Notes: generated by a model not told the origin, from the letters alone. Counted from the first letter of the stretch, positions 9,255 through 19,203 are shown. The stretch: DNA of 64,000 bases from Thermomicrobiales bacterium (GCA_046328375.1 JAXLWT010000022.1:20804-84803); one strand, 5' to 3'. Program-made: numbers and translations.

Positions 9255-10620
9255 GTGCCCCTCCTTCCGCAGCGCTGCCTGCGCTCTCCGGCGCGCCCGG
9301 CGGCGGGAAGTGATCGGGGATTGGCGTGCGCCCCAGGCGGACCAACAGCACCAGCGTGGTGACGGCGAGGATGAAATAGATCAGGAGGAAGCCGCCATAG
9401 CTGTAAAAGACATTCTGCACAGGCGTCACGGCCTCGGCCGTGCGCATGAAGCCCCAGATGATCCAGGGTTGCCGCCCGACTTCCGTCACAATCCAGCCCG
9501 ACTCGATGGCAATGAAGCCGGCGGGCGTGGCCAGCACGATCGCGCGCAGCAACCATGACCCTGGCTCGAACGGCACACCGCGCCGCCGTGACCGCCAGGC
9601 GGCCACCCAGTACCAGATCGCCAGCCCGAGGGTCGCGAAGCCGATGCCCACCATGACCTGGAACGCCAGGTGCACGATGACGACCGGTGGCCGGTCCTCC
9701 GGCGGCACGATTTCCAGCCCCTGTACAACAGCGTGCGGGTCATGGAAGGCGAGCAGGCTGAGGCCATTCGGTATCTCGATGCCGTACTTTGTCGTCTGCG
9801 TCTCCGGGTCGGGGATGCCGCCGATCGTCAGCGGCGCGCCGGCCTGTGTGTGGAAGAGCCCCTCCAGCGCCGCCAGCTTTACCGGCTGGTTGTCTGCCAC
9901 CCAGCGCGCGCTGAGGTCACCGCTGATGATCTGGAGCGGAATCACGACCCCGGCCAGGCCAAGACCGATGGTGAGCCCGATACGATGGTAGGCGTCGCGC
10001 CGCCCGCGCAGGATGCCCCAGGCGTAGAGGCCGGCAATCCCAAGGCCCGTGGCCACGTAGGCTGCCAGCACCATGTGCAGCGCCTGCTGCGCCCAGGCCG
10101 AATTGAACATGGCCGCCACGGGATCGACGTCGACGACCTCACCGTTCACGACCCGGAAGCCGGTAGGGCTGTTCATCCAGGCGTTGGCCGAGATGACGAA
10201 AATGGCCGAGAACGCGCCGCTGATCGCGATGGGGATGGACGCGAGCCAGTGCGCACGCGGGGAAAGACGGTCCCACCCGTAGAGGTAGAGACCCAGGAAG
10301 ATCGCCTCTGTGAAGAAGGCAAACCCTTCTGCGGAGAAGGGAAGGCCAATAATGCCGCCGGCGTAGCGCATGAACCCCGGCCAGAGAAGACCAAGCAGGA
10401 ACGAGAGCACGGTACCGGAAACGGCGCCGACGGCAAAGAGGATGGCAAACGCTTTCACCCAACGCTTGACCAGCGCCAGGTAAATCGGGTTGCCCGTCTT
10501 TAACCACAGCCCCTCGGTGATCACCAGCAGCAGGGGCAAGCCCATCCCGAGCGCGGCGAAGATGATGTGAAAGGCGAGGGCGGTCGCCATTTGCAGGCGG
10601 GCGGCGAGGAGATCGGTCAT
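9241..10620 (-). CDS. cydA: Cytochrome bd ubiquinol oxidase subunit I
   Basis: Starts MTDLLAARLQMATALAFHIIFAALGMGLP (ATG at 10620; the ORF track extends to 10647). Q-loop and heme-ligand region are present. Confidence 0.9.
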   Translation of the reverse strand: MTDLLAARLQMATALAFHIIFAALGMGLPLLLVITEGLWLKTGNPIYLALVKRWVKAFAILFAVGAVSGTVLSFLLGLLWPGFMRYAGGIIGLPFSAEGFAFFTEAIFLGLYLYGWDRLSPRAHWLASIPIAISGAFSAIFVISANAWMNSPTGFRVVNGEVVDVDPVAAMFNSAWAQQALHMVLAAYVATGLGIAGLYAWGILRGRRDAYHRIGLTIGLGLAGVVIPLQIISGDLSARWVADNQPVKLAALEGLFHTQAGAPLTIGGIPDPETQTTKYGIEIPNGLSLLAFHDPHAVVQGLEIVPPEDRPPVVIVHLAFQVMVGIGFATLGLAIWYWVAAWRSRRRGVPFEPGSWLLRAIVLATPAGFIAIESGWIVTEVGRQPWIIWGFMRTAEAVTPVQNVFYSYGGFLLIYFILAVTTLVLLVRLGRTPIPDHFPPPGAPESAGSAAEGGARAIA

Positions 10621-10860
10621 GGAGTGTTCCCGGGGCAGGAGTAGCATTGACTCCGCGAGCGGATTCAGGTGGAAACTCTAGCAGCCGGTTTCGCGCGCTA
10701 CCCCCACCGCAGTGGGTAGGCAGCGCCCGCGTTGTGCTCCCGGCGCAACGGCCGCTACACGTCGTGCACTACCATAACCTGCAGCAGTCCCCATCTCAGG
10801 CAGGTTCCAGACGTGACCGTGACCTCCGTTTCTCCCATCACCACAGCGCCAACCCGGCCG

Positions 10861-11421
10861 ATGCGTGCCGATGCACGACGCAATTACGCGGCGCTGGTGA
10901 CAGCCGCAGATGCAGTGTTTGCCGAGCAGGGTGGTGCGGCTGCCCTGGAGGAGATTGCCCAGCGAGCCGGGGTTGGGATAGGCACGCTCTATCGCCACTT
11001 CCCCAGCCGGCGCGCGCTGATCCTGGCCACCATCGAGCGCGCCAGCGATGACGTCAACGAGCAAGGACGGGTGCTCCTGGATGCGCCGGCTCCGGGGGAA
11101 GCCCTTGAAACCTGGCTGCGGGTCCTGCTGGATCATGCCTCTGCGTATCACGGCCTGGGCGCCGAAGCCCTGCGGTATCCACCGGAAGCAGGGGAGCAAG
11201 TGGACACCTGTCGTTCCATGCGGCAGATCTGCGCCGCACTCCTGGCCCGCGCCCAGGCGGCAGGCGACGTACGGCCGGATGTCGACGCGACTGACCTCTT
11301 TCTCCTGGTCTACAGCCTGGCCTCGGCCAGCGCCCAGGACGGCGTGCCAGCCCGGGCGGCCGATCACCTACTGACCGTCGTCTGTGACGGCCTGCGCAGC
11401 TCGTGCGCCAGGAACGCCTGA
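10861..11421 (+). CDS. TetR family transcriptional regulator
   Basis: ATG at 10861 gives MRADARRNYAALVTAADAVFAEQGGAAALEEIAQRAGVGIGTLYRHFPSRRAL. A GTG at 10813 is an alternative start. Confidence 0.85.
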   Translation: MRADARRNYAALVTAADAVFAEQGGAAALEEIAQRAGVGIGTLYRHFPSRRALILATIERASDDVNEQGRVLLDAPAPGEALETWLRVLLDHASAYHGLGAEALRYPPEAGEQVDTCRSMRQICAALLARAQAAGDVRPDVDATDLFLLVYSLASASAQDGVPARAADHLLTVVCDGLRSSCARNA

Positions 11422-11434
11422 GACAGCCGGTCCC

Positions 11435-12346
11435 CTACGCTGCCGCTAGCGTCGCCATGAGCGCCTCCGTGCGTGGCCGCTCTTCCTCCGGCCCGGTGAA
11501 AAAGACCACCAACTCAGTCGCACCAGCTTCCTCGTAAGCTCTCAACCCCGCTGTGACCTCGGCCTCATCCCCGGCCAGCAGGAGATCGGCCGCGTTCGCG
11601 ACTCCCTCGATATCCATCATGGCCCGGTACGAGGGGAGAGCGCCGGAGCCGCCGAAGCGATCCGCCACACTCTGCCTGGCTGCCGCAGGCTTGTCGGTGA
11701 CATTGGCCAGTACCCCTGCCACCACCCTCGGCCGGGGGCGCCCCACGGCGGCAGCGGCATCGTTGATACGCGGCGCAACGTGCTCCGCGATCGCGCGCGG
11801 CCCAGCCCAGGCCGTCACGGTGCCATCAGCCAACTCCCCTGCCAGGCGCAGCATGACGGGTCCCAGTGCTGAGATGAGTACGGCTGGCGGCTTGGCCTGC
11901 AGGACCGTGAGCTGCCCCTGAGCGCGCAACGTCTCGCCCTGGTAGCTCGCCTGCTCTCTACGCAGGAGCGGTTCCAGCGCCTCCAGGTACTCCCGCATGT
12001 GCCGCGCGGGACGGTCGTAGTCGTAGCCGTACCACTCCTCGATGATGGCACGATGGCTCGGTCCGAGACCAAGTTGCAACCGGTTGCCAGTTGCGGCCTG
12101 CACGCTGAGGGCCTGGCTGGCGAGAGCAATCGGGTGCCTGGGATAGGTCGGTACGATGGCGGTGCCCAGGGCCAAATCGGGGACCTCTCGCCCCACCAGG
12201 GCAAGAGCGGTCAGGATATCCCACCCGACGTACTGTCCCATCCAGACGCTCCCCAGGCCCAGTTCCCGGGCTCGCTTCGCACGCGAGACCATCGTGTCCA
12301 GGGTCACCGGTCCGGTGGTATCCCCAATGTCAATGCCGATCTGCAT
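11435..12346 (-). CDS. LLM-class (luciferase-like) F420-dependent oxidoreductase
   Basis: ATG at 12346 gives MQIGIDIGDTTGPVTLDTMVSRAKRARELGLGSVWMGQ..., which is typical of LLM/F420 TIM-barrel enzymes. Confidence 0.8.
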   Translation of the reverse strand: MQIGIDIGDTTGPVTLDTMVSRAKRARELGLGSVWMGQYVGWDILTALALVGREVPDLALGTAIVPTYPRHPIALASQALSVQAATGNRLQLGLGPSHRAIIEEWYGYDYDRPARHMREYLEALEPLLRREQASYQGETLRAQGQLTVLQAKPPAVLISALGPVMLRLAGELADGTVTAWAGPRAIAEHVAPRINDAAAAVGRPRPRVVAGVLANVTDKPAAARQSVADRFGGSGALPSYRAMMDIEGVANAADLLLAGDEAEVTAGLRAYEEAGATELVVFFTGPEEERPRTEALMATLAAA

Positions 12347-12467
12347 CACGATCCTCTCTACAGGACGTACAAGGATTCTCTCAAACGGAGTCATTCTCCG
12401 TTTTATACGGAGGAACCCTCCACTTATCAACCGCGCAGAGAGGCAGGTGTGAGAAAGGGGCTTTGCC

Positions 12468-13139
12468 TCAGATGCTGGAAAGCCGCCGCACCTCAGCTTC
12501 GAGAGCGGCCAGGCTGGCGTCCAGATCGCTGTCTGGACCGATCAACAGGGGTTGACCGAAGGTGAGATCCAGTCGCCAGCGGCGGCGACGCGTGTAACGC
12601 AGGCCAACCGGAACCACCGGAATGGATGCGGAGAGTTGCCGCGCCGCCAGGACGGCGAAGCGCACCGTGCCGGGCTGAAAGGGGAGCATCTCCCCGTCAG
12701 CACGCTGCGGCGTAGGGTGAGGATCAACGACCGGGTAGGCCTCCGGGAATATGAGGAGGGCATTCCCCTCCCGCAGCAGATCAACGGCTTCCCGCGACGC
12801 CTGCAGCAGGAGCAGCCTGCGCTCCCGTTCGGAAGCACGGTCGTTTGTGCCGCGCAGCGGTTCGCGCAGGACAGAGGGCCAGCCTGCCGCCTGGCACGCT
12901 GCCCGGAGCAGCCCGCGCAATTGACCAGGCGGCAGCCAGTCGAGTGCTGCGACCGCGCGAATCTGGCGACGGATCAGCGCATAGATGGCGATACCGTCGT
13001 AGGTGTAGTGATAGTGGCGCGCGGCCAGGACGACTGGCCCGCTTCGAGGGACGTGCTCCAGGCCGGTGGCATGCACGTCAATGGAACGCACGGCGACCCG
13101 GCAGAACGACCGGATACTGAGCCAGGCGGCGAATGGCAT
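12468..13139 (-). CDS. PlsC-type (lysophospholipid) acyltransferase family protein, possible carotenoid-glycoside acyltransferase (CruD-like)
   Basis: Shows VVLAARHYHYTYDG (a non-canonical HX4D-like box) and LLIFPEAYP. The start could be 13139 (ATG) or 13220. Cluster membership is by proximity only. Confidence 0.55.
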   Translation of the reverse strand: MPFAAWLSIRSFCRVAVRSIDVHATGLEHVPRSGPVVLAARHYHYTYDGIAIYALIRRQIRAVAALDWLPPGQLRGLLRAACQAAGWPSVLREPLRGTNDRASERERRLLLLQASREAVDLLREGNALLIFPEAYPVVDPHPTPQRADGEMLPFQPGTVRFAVLAARQLSASIPVVPVGLRYTRRRRWRLDLTFGQPLLIGPDSDLDASLAALEAEVRRLSSI

Positions 13140-13276
13140 GAGATTTCGGGGACCCAGAGCCACAAGACCGCTTCCCTGATTACGCCGGCACACGTTACGC
13201 ACTGGCGACGACGCCCGCACGTCATCTCTCTAGGATCGGGCATTGCCGGGGCATTCGCCAGTGCTGGCTGGCCGCG

Positions 13277-14008
13277 TCAGTCGTGAAGTGTTGCGTCCGC
13301 CGCAGCGGCCCGGTCACGGACAGCAGCGGCCATGCACGACGCGTGCGATTGAGCATATCCCTCTGGCAGCAAGACGACGCGAGTGCCCAGTTCGGCCACG
13401 TGCTGCCAGAGTCGCCACCACTTGGCGCCGTGCCACTTCGCCGACATGACATGGATCAGGATCACCGGAAGCGCTGCCGGGCGGTCGTAGTGACCAGGGC
13501 GCCAGACGTTGGAGGAGTCGAGCGGCATTGGCCCGGTGAGCACCTCCGCAACGTTCGCACGCAGCGGCATCTCGAAGAACGCGATGCCAGCAATCGCCTG
13601 TCCGTGCGCCAGCATCTGGCGCGCGGTTTCCCAGGCCAGGTATCCGCCCAGGCAGTTGCCGAACAGGAGGTACGGGCCAGCGGGCTGCAGGGCGCGAATC
13701 TGCTGCACATACTCCGCGCCGAGCGCAGGCACACCCTCCTGCCGCACCAGGTCACGGTGCCTCGCCGTCTGCGCGAATCCCCAGCACGGGCAATCCCCTT
13801 CTACCAGGCGCGCGATCTCGGTGTCACCGCGCATCTCAGCGTTCGTGTGGCTGGAAGGAAAGACAAAGATGGGACGTTGCCGGCCGGTACGCTGTAACGG
13901 CACCACCCAATCCGGCAGGAACGGCGTGATGATTTCGCTCGGGTCAGCCTCGATTGCCAGGCGACGCACTGCGATGAACCGCCTGTCACCTGGCACTTGA
14001 GCGAGCAC
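13277..14008 (-). CDS. Thioesterase-like alpha/beta hydrolase with Cys in the nucleophile elbow
   Basis: RPIFVFPSSH... and LLFGNCLGGYLAWETARQM (GxCxG where thioesterase domains have GxSxG). The start is uncertain: GTG at 14008 or 13996, or ATG at 13834. The ORF-track frame runs to 14170 and overlaps the Cys-rich frame. Confidence 0.5.
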   Translation of the reverse strand: MLAQVPGDRRFIAVRRLAIEADPSEIITPFLPDWVVPLQRTGRQRPIFVFPSSHTNAEMRGDTEIARLVEGDCPCWGFAQTARHRDLVRQEGVPALGAEYVQQIRALQPAGPYLLFGNCLGGYLAWETARQMLAHGQAIAGIAFFEMPLRANVAEVLTGPMPLDSSNVWRPGHYDRPAALPVILIHVMSAKWHGAKWWRLWQHVAELGTRVVLLPEGYAQSHASCMAAAVRDRAAAADATLHD

Positions 14009-14370
14009 CAGATTGTCCCGATGCCCCCGCACTCCTGACCTTCGGTCTTGCACGCACAGGCGCCATCGACACAGACCTTCTTGCAGCATTCTGCGTCGGC
14101 GCTGCATGGCTGCAACCCCACGATGCAGCAGTGAGTCGGGCCGGTTGGGCTCGAAGCGTTGGGCAGGCATGCCAGACCCTTGCCTTTACAGCAGGGAATC
14201 TTCTGCGTGCAACGGTCGCCCGCCTTCCTGGCTCAGGTCGTCTTCTTCTTTTTCCTCTTGCCCTCAACATCGCCGGAAGCCAGAACCCCAAGGAGCGTGC
14301 TCAACCCGGCGCCGCCGATGGCCAGGTTCAGGCGACGACGTGTCCAGGCATCGCAGGCGTTTCCGTCCAC
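13801..14370 (-). pseudogene. Tat-leader/polylysine/Cys-rich family member interrupted by an in-frame TGA
   Basis: Own translation from GTG at 14370, with an AAGGA Shine-Dalgarno 8 nt upstream: VDGNACDAWTRRRLNLAIGGAGLSTLLGVLASGDVEGKRKKKKTT, then TGA at 14235-14233. The same frame continues ARKAGDRCTQKIPCCKGKGLACLPN...CSADAECCKKVCVDGACACKTEGQECGG... Confidence 0.6.
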
Positions 14371-14568
14371 GGCACGAATCCTTTGCACGTGAGCGTTGAT
14401 GCGCTGCCGGCGACCCGGCCGATCCTCAACCGGGAGGGAAGGGATTCAGACCTGCGGCAAGCGCGTGAACCGCGAAGCAGGCAACGTGTCACGCACTACA
14501 CCGTGAGACAAGGATCATTGCTCCGCGAGGAGCAGGTCCCTGTGCATGAGAATTGCCCCACGCGGGGA

Positions 14569-15447
14569 TCAGCGCGTGCCTTCAGGAGCAGGCCACGCGG
14601 CGGCGGCGCCACGAGGTGCTGGCATCCTTGGCTCCGGCGTGCGCATGGCCAGCCAGGCGGGGAGCATGCCGGCAATCAACGCCAGCACGACTGGCGGCCA
14701 GAGTCCTGCCCCGAGGCTGAGGACCATCGCGAAGATGAGGTTCGCGGCGTACACGGCAAAGGGGAACCAGGACGTGGGCCTGAGTTCCTCGGCCGTCATG
14801 TTTTCCCGCCAGAGCAGGCGGCTCAGCCCCATGTAGAGCAACCCTGTCACCGACCAGCCGACGAGGTTCTGGATCGGCATCCCGAAGTAGGGACCAGACT
14901 CATGCCAGGTCCAGAACTGCACCCGCAGGCTGGGGTCCGCCATTGCCGGATCGAGCACGAGGTCCCAGGCGGTGAGCAGCCAGACGCCAAAGAAGAGCGC
15001 CCAGAAGGTAAGCCGCCCACCGACGCGGCTGGCCAGCAAGGTGCCCAGCATGTAGGCCGCCAGACCGAGATAGAACCAGGAGAGCGGAATGGTGAACGGC
15101 ACCCGGCCCATGACCTTGTAACCGAGAAAATCGGTGTAGGCGTAGTTCCCGAATGGCCAACCGGTGCCAGTGCCGATCAACTCGGATGAGAGCGAGAGCA
15201 CGAACGAGACCGCGAAGAAGATCAACGTGCGCCGCTTGCCAATGGTCACCCAGGCGTAGGCGAACATGGCTGCTGCACCGAACAGGATGTGGCTTGCGCC
15301 CCCATAGGACATCCCGAAGTTGAACACCTGCAGGGCCCGGGAATCCCCAGCCCACCACTGCGGGTTCGGCAGCGCAATGAGCAACCCGGCCAGGCCGAAC
15401 GCCAGGGCCGCCAGGTGACCGATGAGCAGGATGCGAGCAAGTTTCAT
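14569..15447 (-). CDS. cruF: Carotenoid biosynthesis membrane protein, CruF-like carotenoid 1,2-hydratase family (PF04240-like)
   Basis: ATG at 15447 (ATGA overlap with the upstream GT2 stop) gives MKLARILLIGHLAALAFGL... Polytopic, with GWPFGNYAYTDFLGYK, WDLVLDP and YFGMPIQNLVGW, which resemble the family motifs as I recall them. Confidence 0.65.
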   Translation of the reverse strand: MKLARILLIGHLAALAFGLAGLLIALPNPQWWAGDSRALQVFNFGMSYGGASHILFGAAAMFAYAWVTIGKRRTLIFFAVSFVLSLSSELIGTGTGWPFGNYAYTDFLGYKVMGRVPFTIPLSWFYLGLAAYMLGTLLASRVGGRLTFWALFFGVWLLTAWDLVLDPAMADPSLRVQFWTWHESGPYFGMPIQNLVGWSVTGLLYMGLSRLLWRENMTAEELRPTSWFPFAVYAANLIFAMVLSLGAGLWPPVVLALIAGMLPAWLAMRTPEPRMPAPRGAAAAWPAPEGTR

Positions 15448-16670
15448 GTGACGCTCCAGATATCTTCCGGGACGAGCGTGCGGCCGCGCCAGGTATGAGT
15501 GCGCTGGATGGCGCTCTGCCACAGGCGCACGGCCACGGGGAGATCGACCAGGGGCGAGAGCCAGTAGGTGGCAGGTGGCTGCGTGTATGCCCGCCGGGTG
15601 CCCATGAGCACACCGAACCTCATCGCGAGAAGCGCGAGGTTGACGATCCGCAGCACCGTCACCGCGGGCACCGCCCGAGTGAAACAAGAGCGCCGAGCAA
15701 TTGGCCTGACGGTGGTCGTCGCCGTGCCCCCGAGCAGCCAGGCCGTTGCCAGCACGGCGACCGGTAGCCCCTGCGCGAGCAGCACCTCGGCGAGCCGCTG
15801 CCAGCCATCAAATCCCGCATACCGGTCACGCAGGGTCAGCGAGCGCGGCCAGTTCCGCCAGGTCTCTCGCCAATCGCCGTACATTGCGGTCTCAACAAGA
15901 TCATCAGCCTCATGGAACCCGACGTAATGGCCGGCTTCGGCCAGGGCACGGGCCATGGTCACATCCTCACACCGGGAATCTCGCGCCACGGTGAACCCAC
16001 CAAGGTGGTCGAGCGGTTCGCGCCGGAAGAGCGAGCATTGCCCGTTTGCCTGGACGTCGTGGACGCGGCCGGCATCGTGGCCGGGAATGCCGTACCGGTA
16101 GACCAGGGTCGTCAGCAGCGCCGGGTGCAACAGGCCATCAGCGTCGCCGCTGACAACCTGCCGTGTCGCAACACCCTGCAACGCCACGCCGCTGCGCTGA
16201 GCCTGTGCCAGCAGCGAGCGCACAAGGTCACGATGGGGGCGGACATCGGCGTCGATCGTCAGGATCCAGTTTGATTTCGGATCTGCTTCGAGCAGGCCCA
16301 CCTGCAGCCCGTACGCCTTGCCGTTCCAGTCCGGGGGGATTGGCGCAGCGTCGAGGAGCCGGATGCGCGGATCGCGTGCAGCCGCAGTGCGAACCAGGTC
16401 TTGCGTGCCATCCTGGGAGCCGCCATCGACCACCAGGATTTCCTGCACCTCGGCAGGCTGCGCCATGAGACCCTCGAGGCAGGGGGACAGGCGCAACCGC
16501 TCATTCAGGACAGGCACGATCACCGTCACGCGATCGCTCGCCGCTGAGTCGCCTCTCCGCTGAATTCGTGTCGATCGCGCCGTGCCCAGGAGCCGCATGG
16601 CCACGCGTAGACCTGCCATCACCTGCGCGATGGCGAGCAGGAACAGCAGTGTGCTGCGAAGCGCGCTCAT
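15444..16670 (-). CDS. Family 2 glycosyltransferase, carotenoid glycosyltransferase candidate (CruC/CrtX-like)
   Basis: ATG at 16670 gives MSALRSTLLFLLAIAQV... GT2 core VTVIVPVLNERLRL...ILVVDGGSQDGT...ILTIDADVRP. Confidence 0.75.
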   Translation of the reverse strand: MSALRSTLLFLLAIAQVMAGLRVAMRLLGTARSTRIQRRGDSAASDRVTVIVPVLNERLRLSPCLEGLMAQPAEVQEILVVDGGSQDGTQDLVRTAAARDPRIRLLDAAPIPPDWNGKAYGLQVGLLEADPKSNWILTIDADVRPHRDLVRSLLAQAQRSGVALQGVATRQVVSGDADGLLHPALLTTLVYRYGIPGHDAGRVHDVQANGQCSLFRREPLDHLGGFTVARDSRCEDVTMARALAEAGHYVGFHEADDLVETAMYGDWRETWRNWPRSLTLRDRYAGFDGWQRLAEVLLAQGLPVAVLATAWLLGGTATTTVRPIARRSCFTRAVPAVTVLRIVNLALLAMRFGVLMGTRRAYTQPPATYWLSPLVDLPVAVRLWQSAIQRTHTWRGRTLVPEDIWSVT

Positions 16671-16771
16671 GGAACCACCGGTCCCGGTGGTGGAGTAGCG
16701 TATGTGCGACTCGCGAACGCGCCAGTCCATAGCCTGCAGGCTGTGCATACGTCATTCGGCAGGGAACACGG

Positions 16772-18274
16772 TTGACCGGTAGACAGCGAATCGTCGTTAT
16801 TGGCGCCGGGTTTGGGGGCGTGGCCGCGGCCGTGCGGCTGGCGGCGCGCGGGCACCAGGTAACGCTGCTGGAACAGCGGGACCAACCGGGAGGACGCGCC
16901 TACGTCTACCAGCAGGACGGCTTCACCTTTGATGGCGGGCCGACGGTCATCACCGCACCGTGGCTGATCGATGATCTGTTCGCGCTCGCGGGACGGAAAC
17001 GCGAGGATTACCTCGACCTGCTGCCCGTTGATCCGTTCTACCGCATCTTTTTTCCGGATGGCACCCACTTCGACTATTCCGGCGATGCCGCACGCATGGA
17101 AATCGAGATGCGTCGCCTTGGGGCGAGCGATGCCGACATCGCCGGGTACCACGCCTTTGTCCGCCAGAGTGAGCGCATCTTCGACAAGGGTTTTACGGAT
17201 CTGGCCACGCAGCCCTTCCTGCACTGGCAGGACATGCTGCGCGTGGCGCCAGACCTGATCAGGCTCGAGAGCTACCGCACGGTCTACGGGTTGGTGTCGA
17301 AACACGTCCAGCATGACCGCCTGCGCCAGATTCTCTCCTTTCATCCCCTGCTCGTCGGCGGCAACCCCTTCCAGACCACAAGCATCTACGCCCTCATCCA
17401 TCACCTGGAGCGCAAGTGGGGGGTGTGGTTCGCCCGGGGCGGAACCGGCGCCGTGGTCGATGCGCTGGTGCGACTCTTCACCGACCTTGGCGGAACCCTG
17501 CGACTCTCGACCAGGGCGGAGGAGGTAGTCATCGCGCAAGGACGGGCGGTTGGCGTCCGCCTGGCCAACGGAGAGGTCATCCCGGCGGACAGTGTGGTCT
17601 GCAACGCCGATGTCAGTGGCGCGTACCGCCGGCTGCTGCCGCCGGCCATGCGACGCACCCTGCCTGGGCGGTGGCTTGAACAGATGCGCCACTCGATGTC
17701 GCTGGTCGTGATCTACTTCGGGACAGATCGCCAGTACCGGGGAGGAGACGGACCAGCCCTGGCTCACCACGACATCATTCTGGGGCCACGCTACGAAGGG
17801 CTGCTGCGCGACATCTTCCGCCGCAAGCGGCTGAGCGATGACTTCTCGCTCTACCTGCACATGCCGACGCTCACTGACCCCTCGCTGGCGCCCCCGGGCT
17901 GCGAGGCGTTCTACGTGCTGGCGCCCGTGCCGCACCTGGGGGCGGGGATCGACTGGGAACGGGAGGCGAAGCCGTTCCGTGATCGGGTGATGGGGTTCCT
18001 GGAGCGGAACTACCTGCCTGATCTCTCGCGCCACCTGGTGACGGAGCACATGATCGATCCGCGCCACTTCCGTGACACACTGAGCAGCCACCTGGGGGCC
18101 GCGTTCGCGGTGGAGCCGATCCTCACCCAGTCGGCCTGGTTCCGGCCGCACAATCGCGCGCCGGGCGTGCCGAACCTCTACTTCGTGGGCGCTGGTACGC
18201 ACCCTGGCGCGGGGCTGCCTGGCGTGCTCTGTTCGGCGGTCATCGCCGACGAGCTCATCACCGAGGCGTCGTAA
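16772..18274 (+). CDS. crtI: Phytoene desaturase
   Basis: 500 aa. FAD fold RIVVIGAGFGGVAAAVRLAARGHQVTLLEQRDQPGGRAYV and C-terminal LYFVGAGTHPGAGLPGV. TTG start. Confidence 0.9.
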   Translation: MTGRQRIVVIGAGFGGVAAAVRLAARGHQVTLLEQRDQPGGRAYVYQQDGFTFDGGPTVITAPWLIDDLFALAGRKREDYLDLLPVDPFYRIFFPDGTHFDYSGDAARMEIEMRRLGASDADIAGYHAFVRQSERIFDKGFTDLATQPFLHWQDMLRVAPDLIRLESYRTVYGLVSKHVQHDRLRQILSFHPLLVGGNPFQTTSIYALIHHLERKWGVWFARGGTGAVVDALVRLFTDLGGTLRLSTRAEEVVIAQGRAVGVRLANGEVIPADSVVCNADVSGAYRRLLPPAMRRTLPGRWLEQMRHSMSLVVIYFGTDRQYRGGDGPALAHHDIILGPRYEGLLRDIFRRKRLSDDFSLYLHMPTLTDPSLAPPGCEAFYVLAPVPHLGAGIDWEREAKPFRDRVMGFLERNYLPDLSRHLVTEHMIDPRHFRDTLSSHLGAAFAVEPILTQSAWFRPHNRAPGVPNLYFVGAGTHPGAGLPGVLCSAVIADELITEAS

Positions 18275-18297
18275 ACCCCGCCTGGTCCGCGCGGGCA

Positions 18298-19203
18298 TCA
18301 CAGATCCCCTGGCAGGACGGCGGGGAATCGGGGCATCCGCGCGAAATCGAGCGCCACAGCCGGGAGTGCGCCCAGCTTACGCCGGGTGTGCACCGTGGCC
18401 CGCGTGTTGAAGACGTCGTAATCCAGCTCCTCGATGCGCGTCAGGATAGAGGCGTAGAGCCGGCTCGCCGCCAGGGCCGTCATCTGACCTGCTGGTGAAA
18501 GCGCGGCGATACCTGGCCGCGCGGAGGCATAGAGATTGCGGGCCCGCGCGATCTCGAAGGCCATCAGATCCCGGAAGCGGCCAACCGGGCGGCCCGCGAG
18601 GAGTGACTCGGGCGTGCAGCCGAACGCGTCCAGATCCGCCAGCGGCAGGTAGACCCGCTGTTGCCGTGCGTCCTCCCCCACATCGCGCAGGATGTTCGTG
18701 AGCTGCATGGCAATGCCGAGGTCCACGGCGCGCGGCAGCGCCGAGGCCTGGGAACAACCCAGCACCGGTGCCGTGAGCAGCCCCACGGTCCCTGCCACGC
18801 GGTAGCAGTAGCCGCGCAAGTCATCCCATGTCGCGAATGGCTCCGGCTGCAGATCGCTGCGAATACCATCGATGAGGTCATGGGCCGGCTCTACGGGAAT
18901 GCCGTAGATGGCGCGCGTCGCGGCAAATGTTTGCGCCACCGGGTGCGATGGGGCGTCGAGCTGTGCTTCCCACCCGGCAAGGAGGGCCGTTGCCTCGTCA
19001 CGCGTCGCCGCGCGATCGACGATGTCGTCGGCGATCCGGCAGTAGGCGTAGATGGCGTGCAACGCCCGGCGCCGCGCCGGCGTCTGGAAATGACTGGCCA
19101 GGTAGAAGGTGCGCCCGTGCTCTCGCGTAATTTCCGAGCAGAGGCGCCAGTTCACAGGCGCGTCGCTCAGGCCGGAAGAACGGCTCAACGCGCTACTCAG
19201 CAT
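18298..19203 (-). CDS. crtB: Phytoene synthase
   Basis: 301 aa. Asp-rich motifs YCRIADDIVD and LTNILRDVGEDARQQRVYLP. Confidence 0.9.
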   Translation of the reverse strand: MLSSALSRSSGLSDAPVNWRLCSEITREHGRTFYLASHFQTPARRRALHAIYAYCRIADDIVDRAATRDEATALLAGWEAQLDAPSHPVAQTFAATRAIYGIPVEPAHDLIDGIRSDLQPEPFATWDDLRGYCYRVAGTVGLLTAPVLGCSQASALPRAVDLGIAMQLTNILRDVGEDARQQRVYLPLADLDAFGCTPESLLAGRPVGRFRDLMAFEIARARNLYASARPGIAALSPAGQMTALAASRLYASILTRIEELDYDVFNTRATVHTRRKLGALPAVALDFARMPRFPAVLPGDL

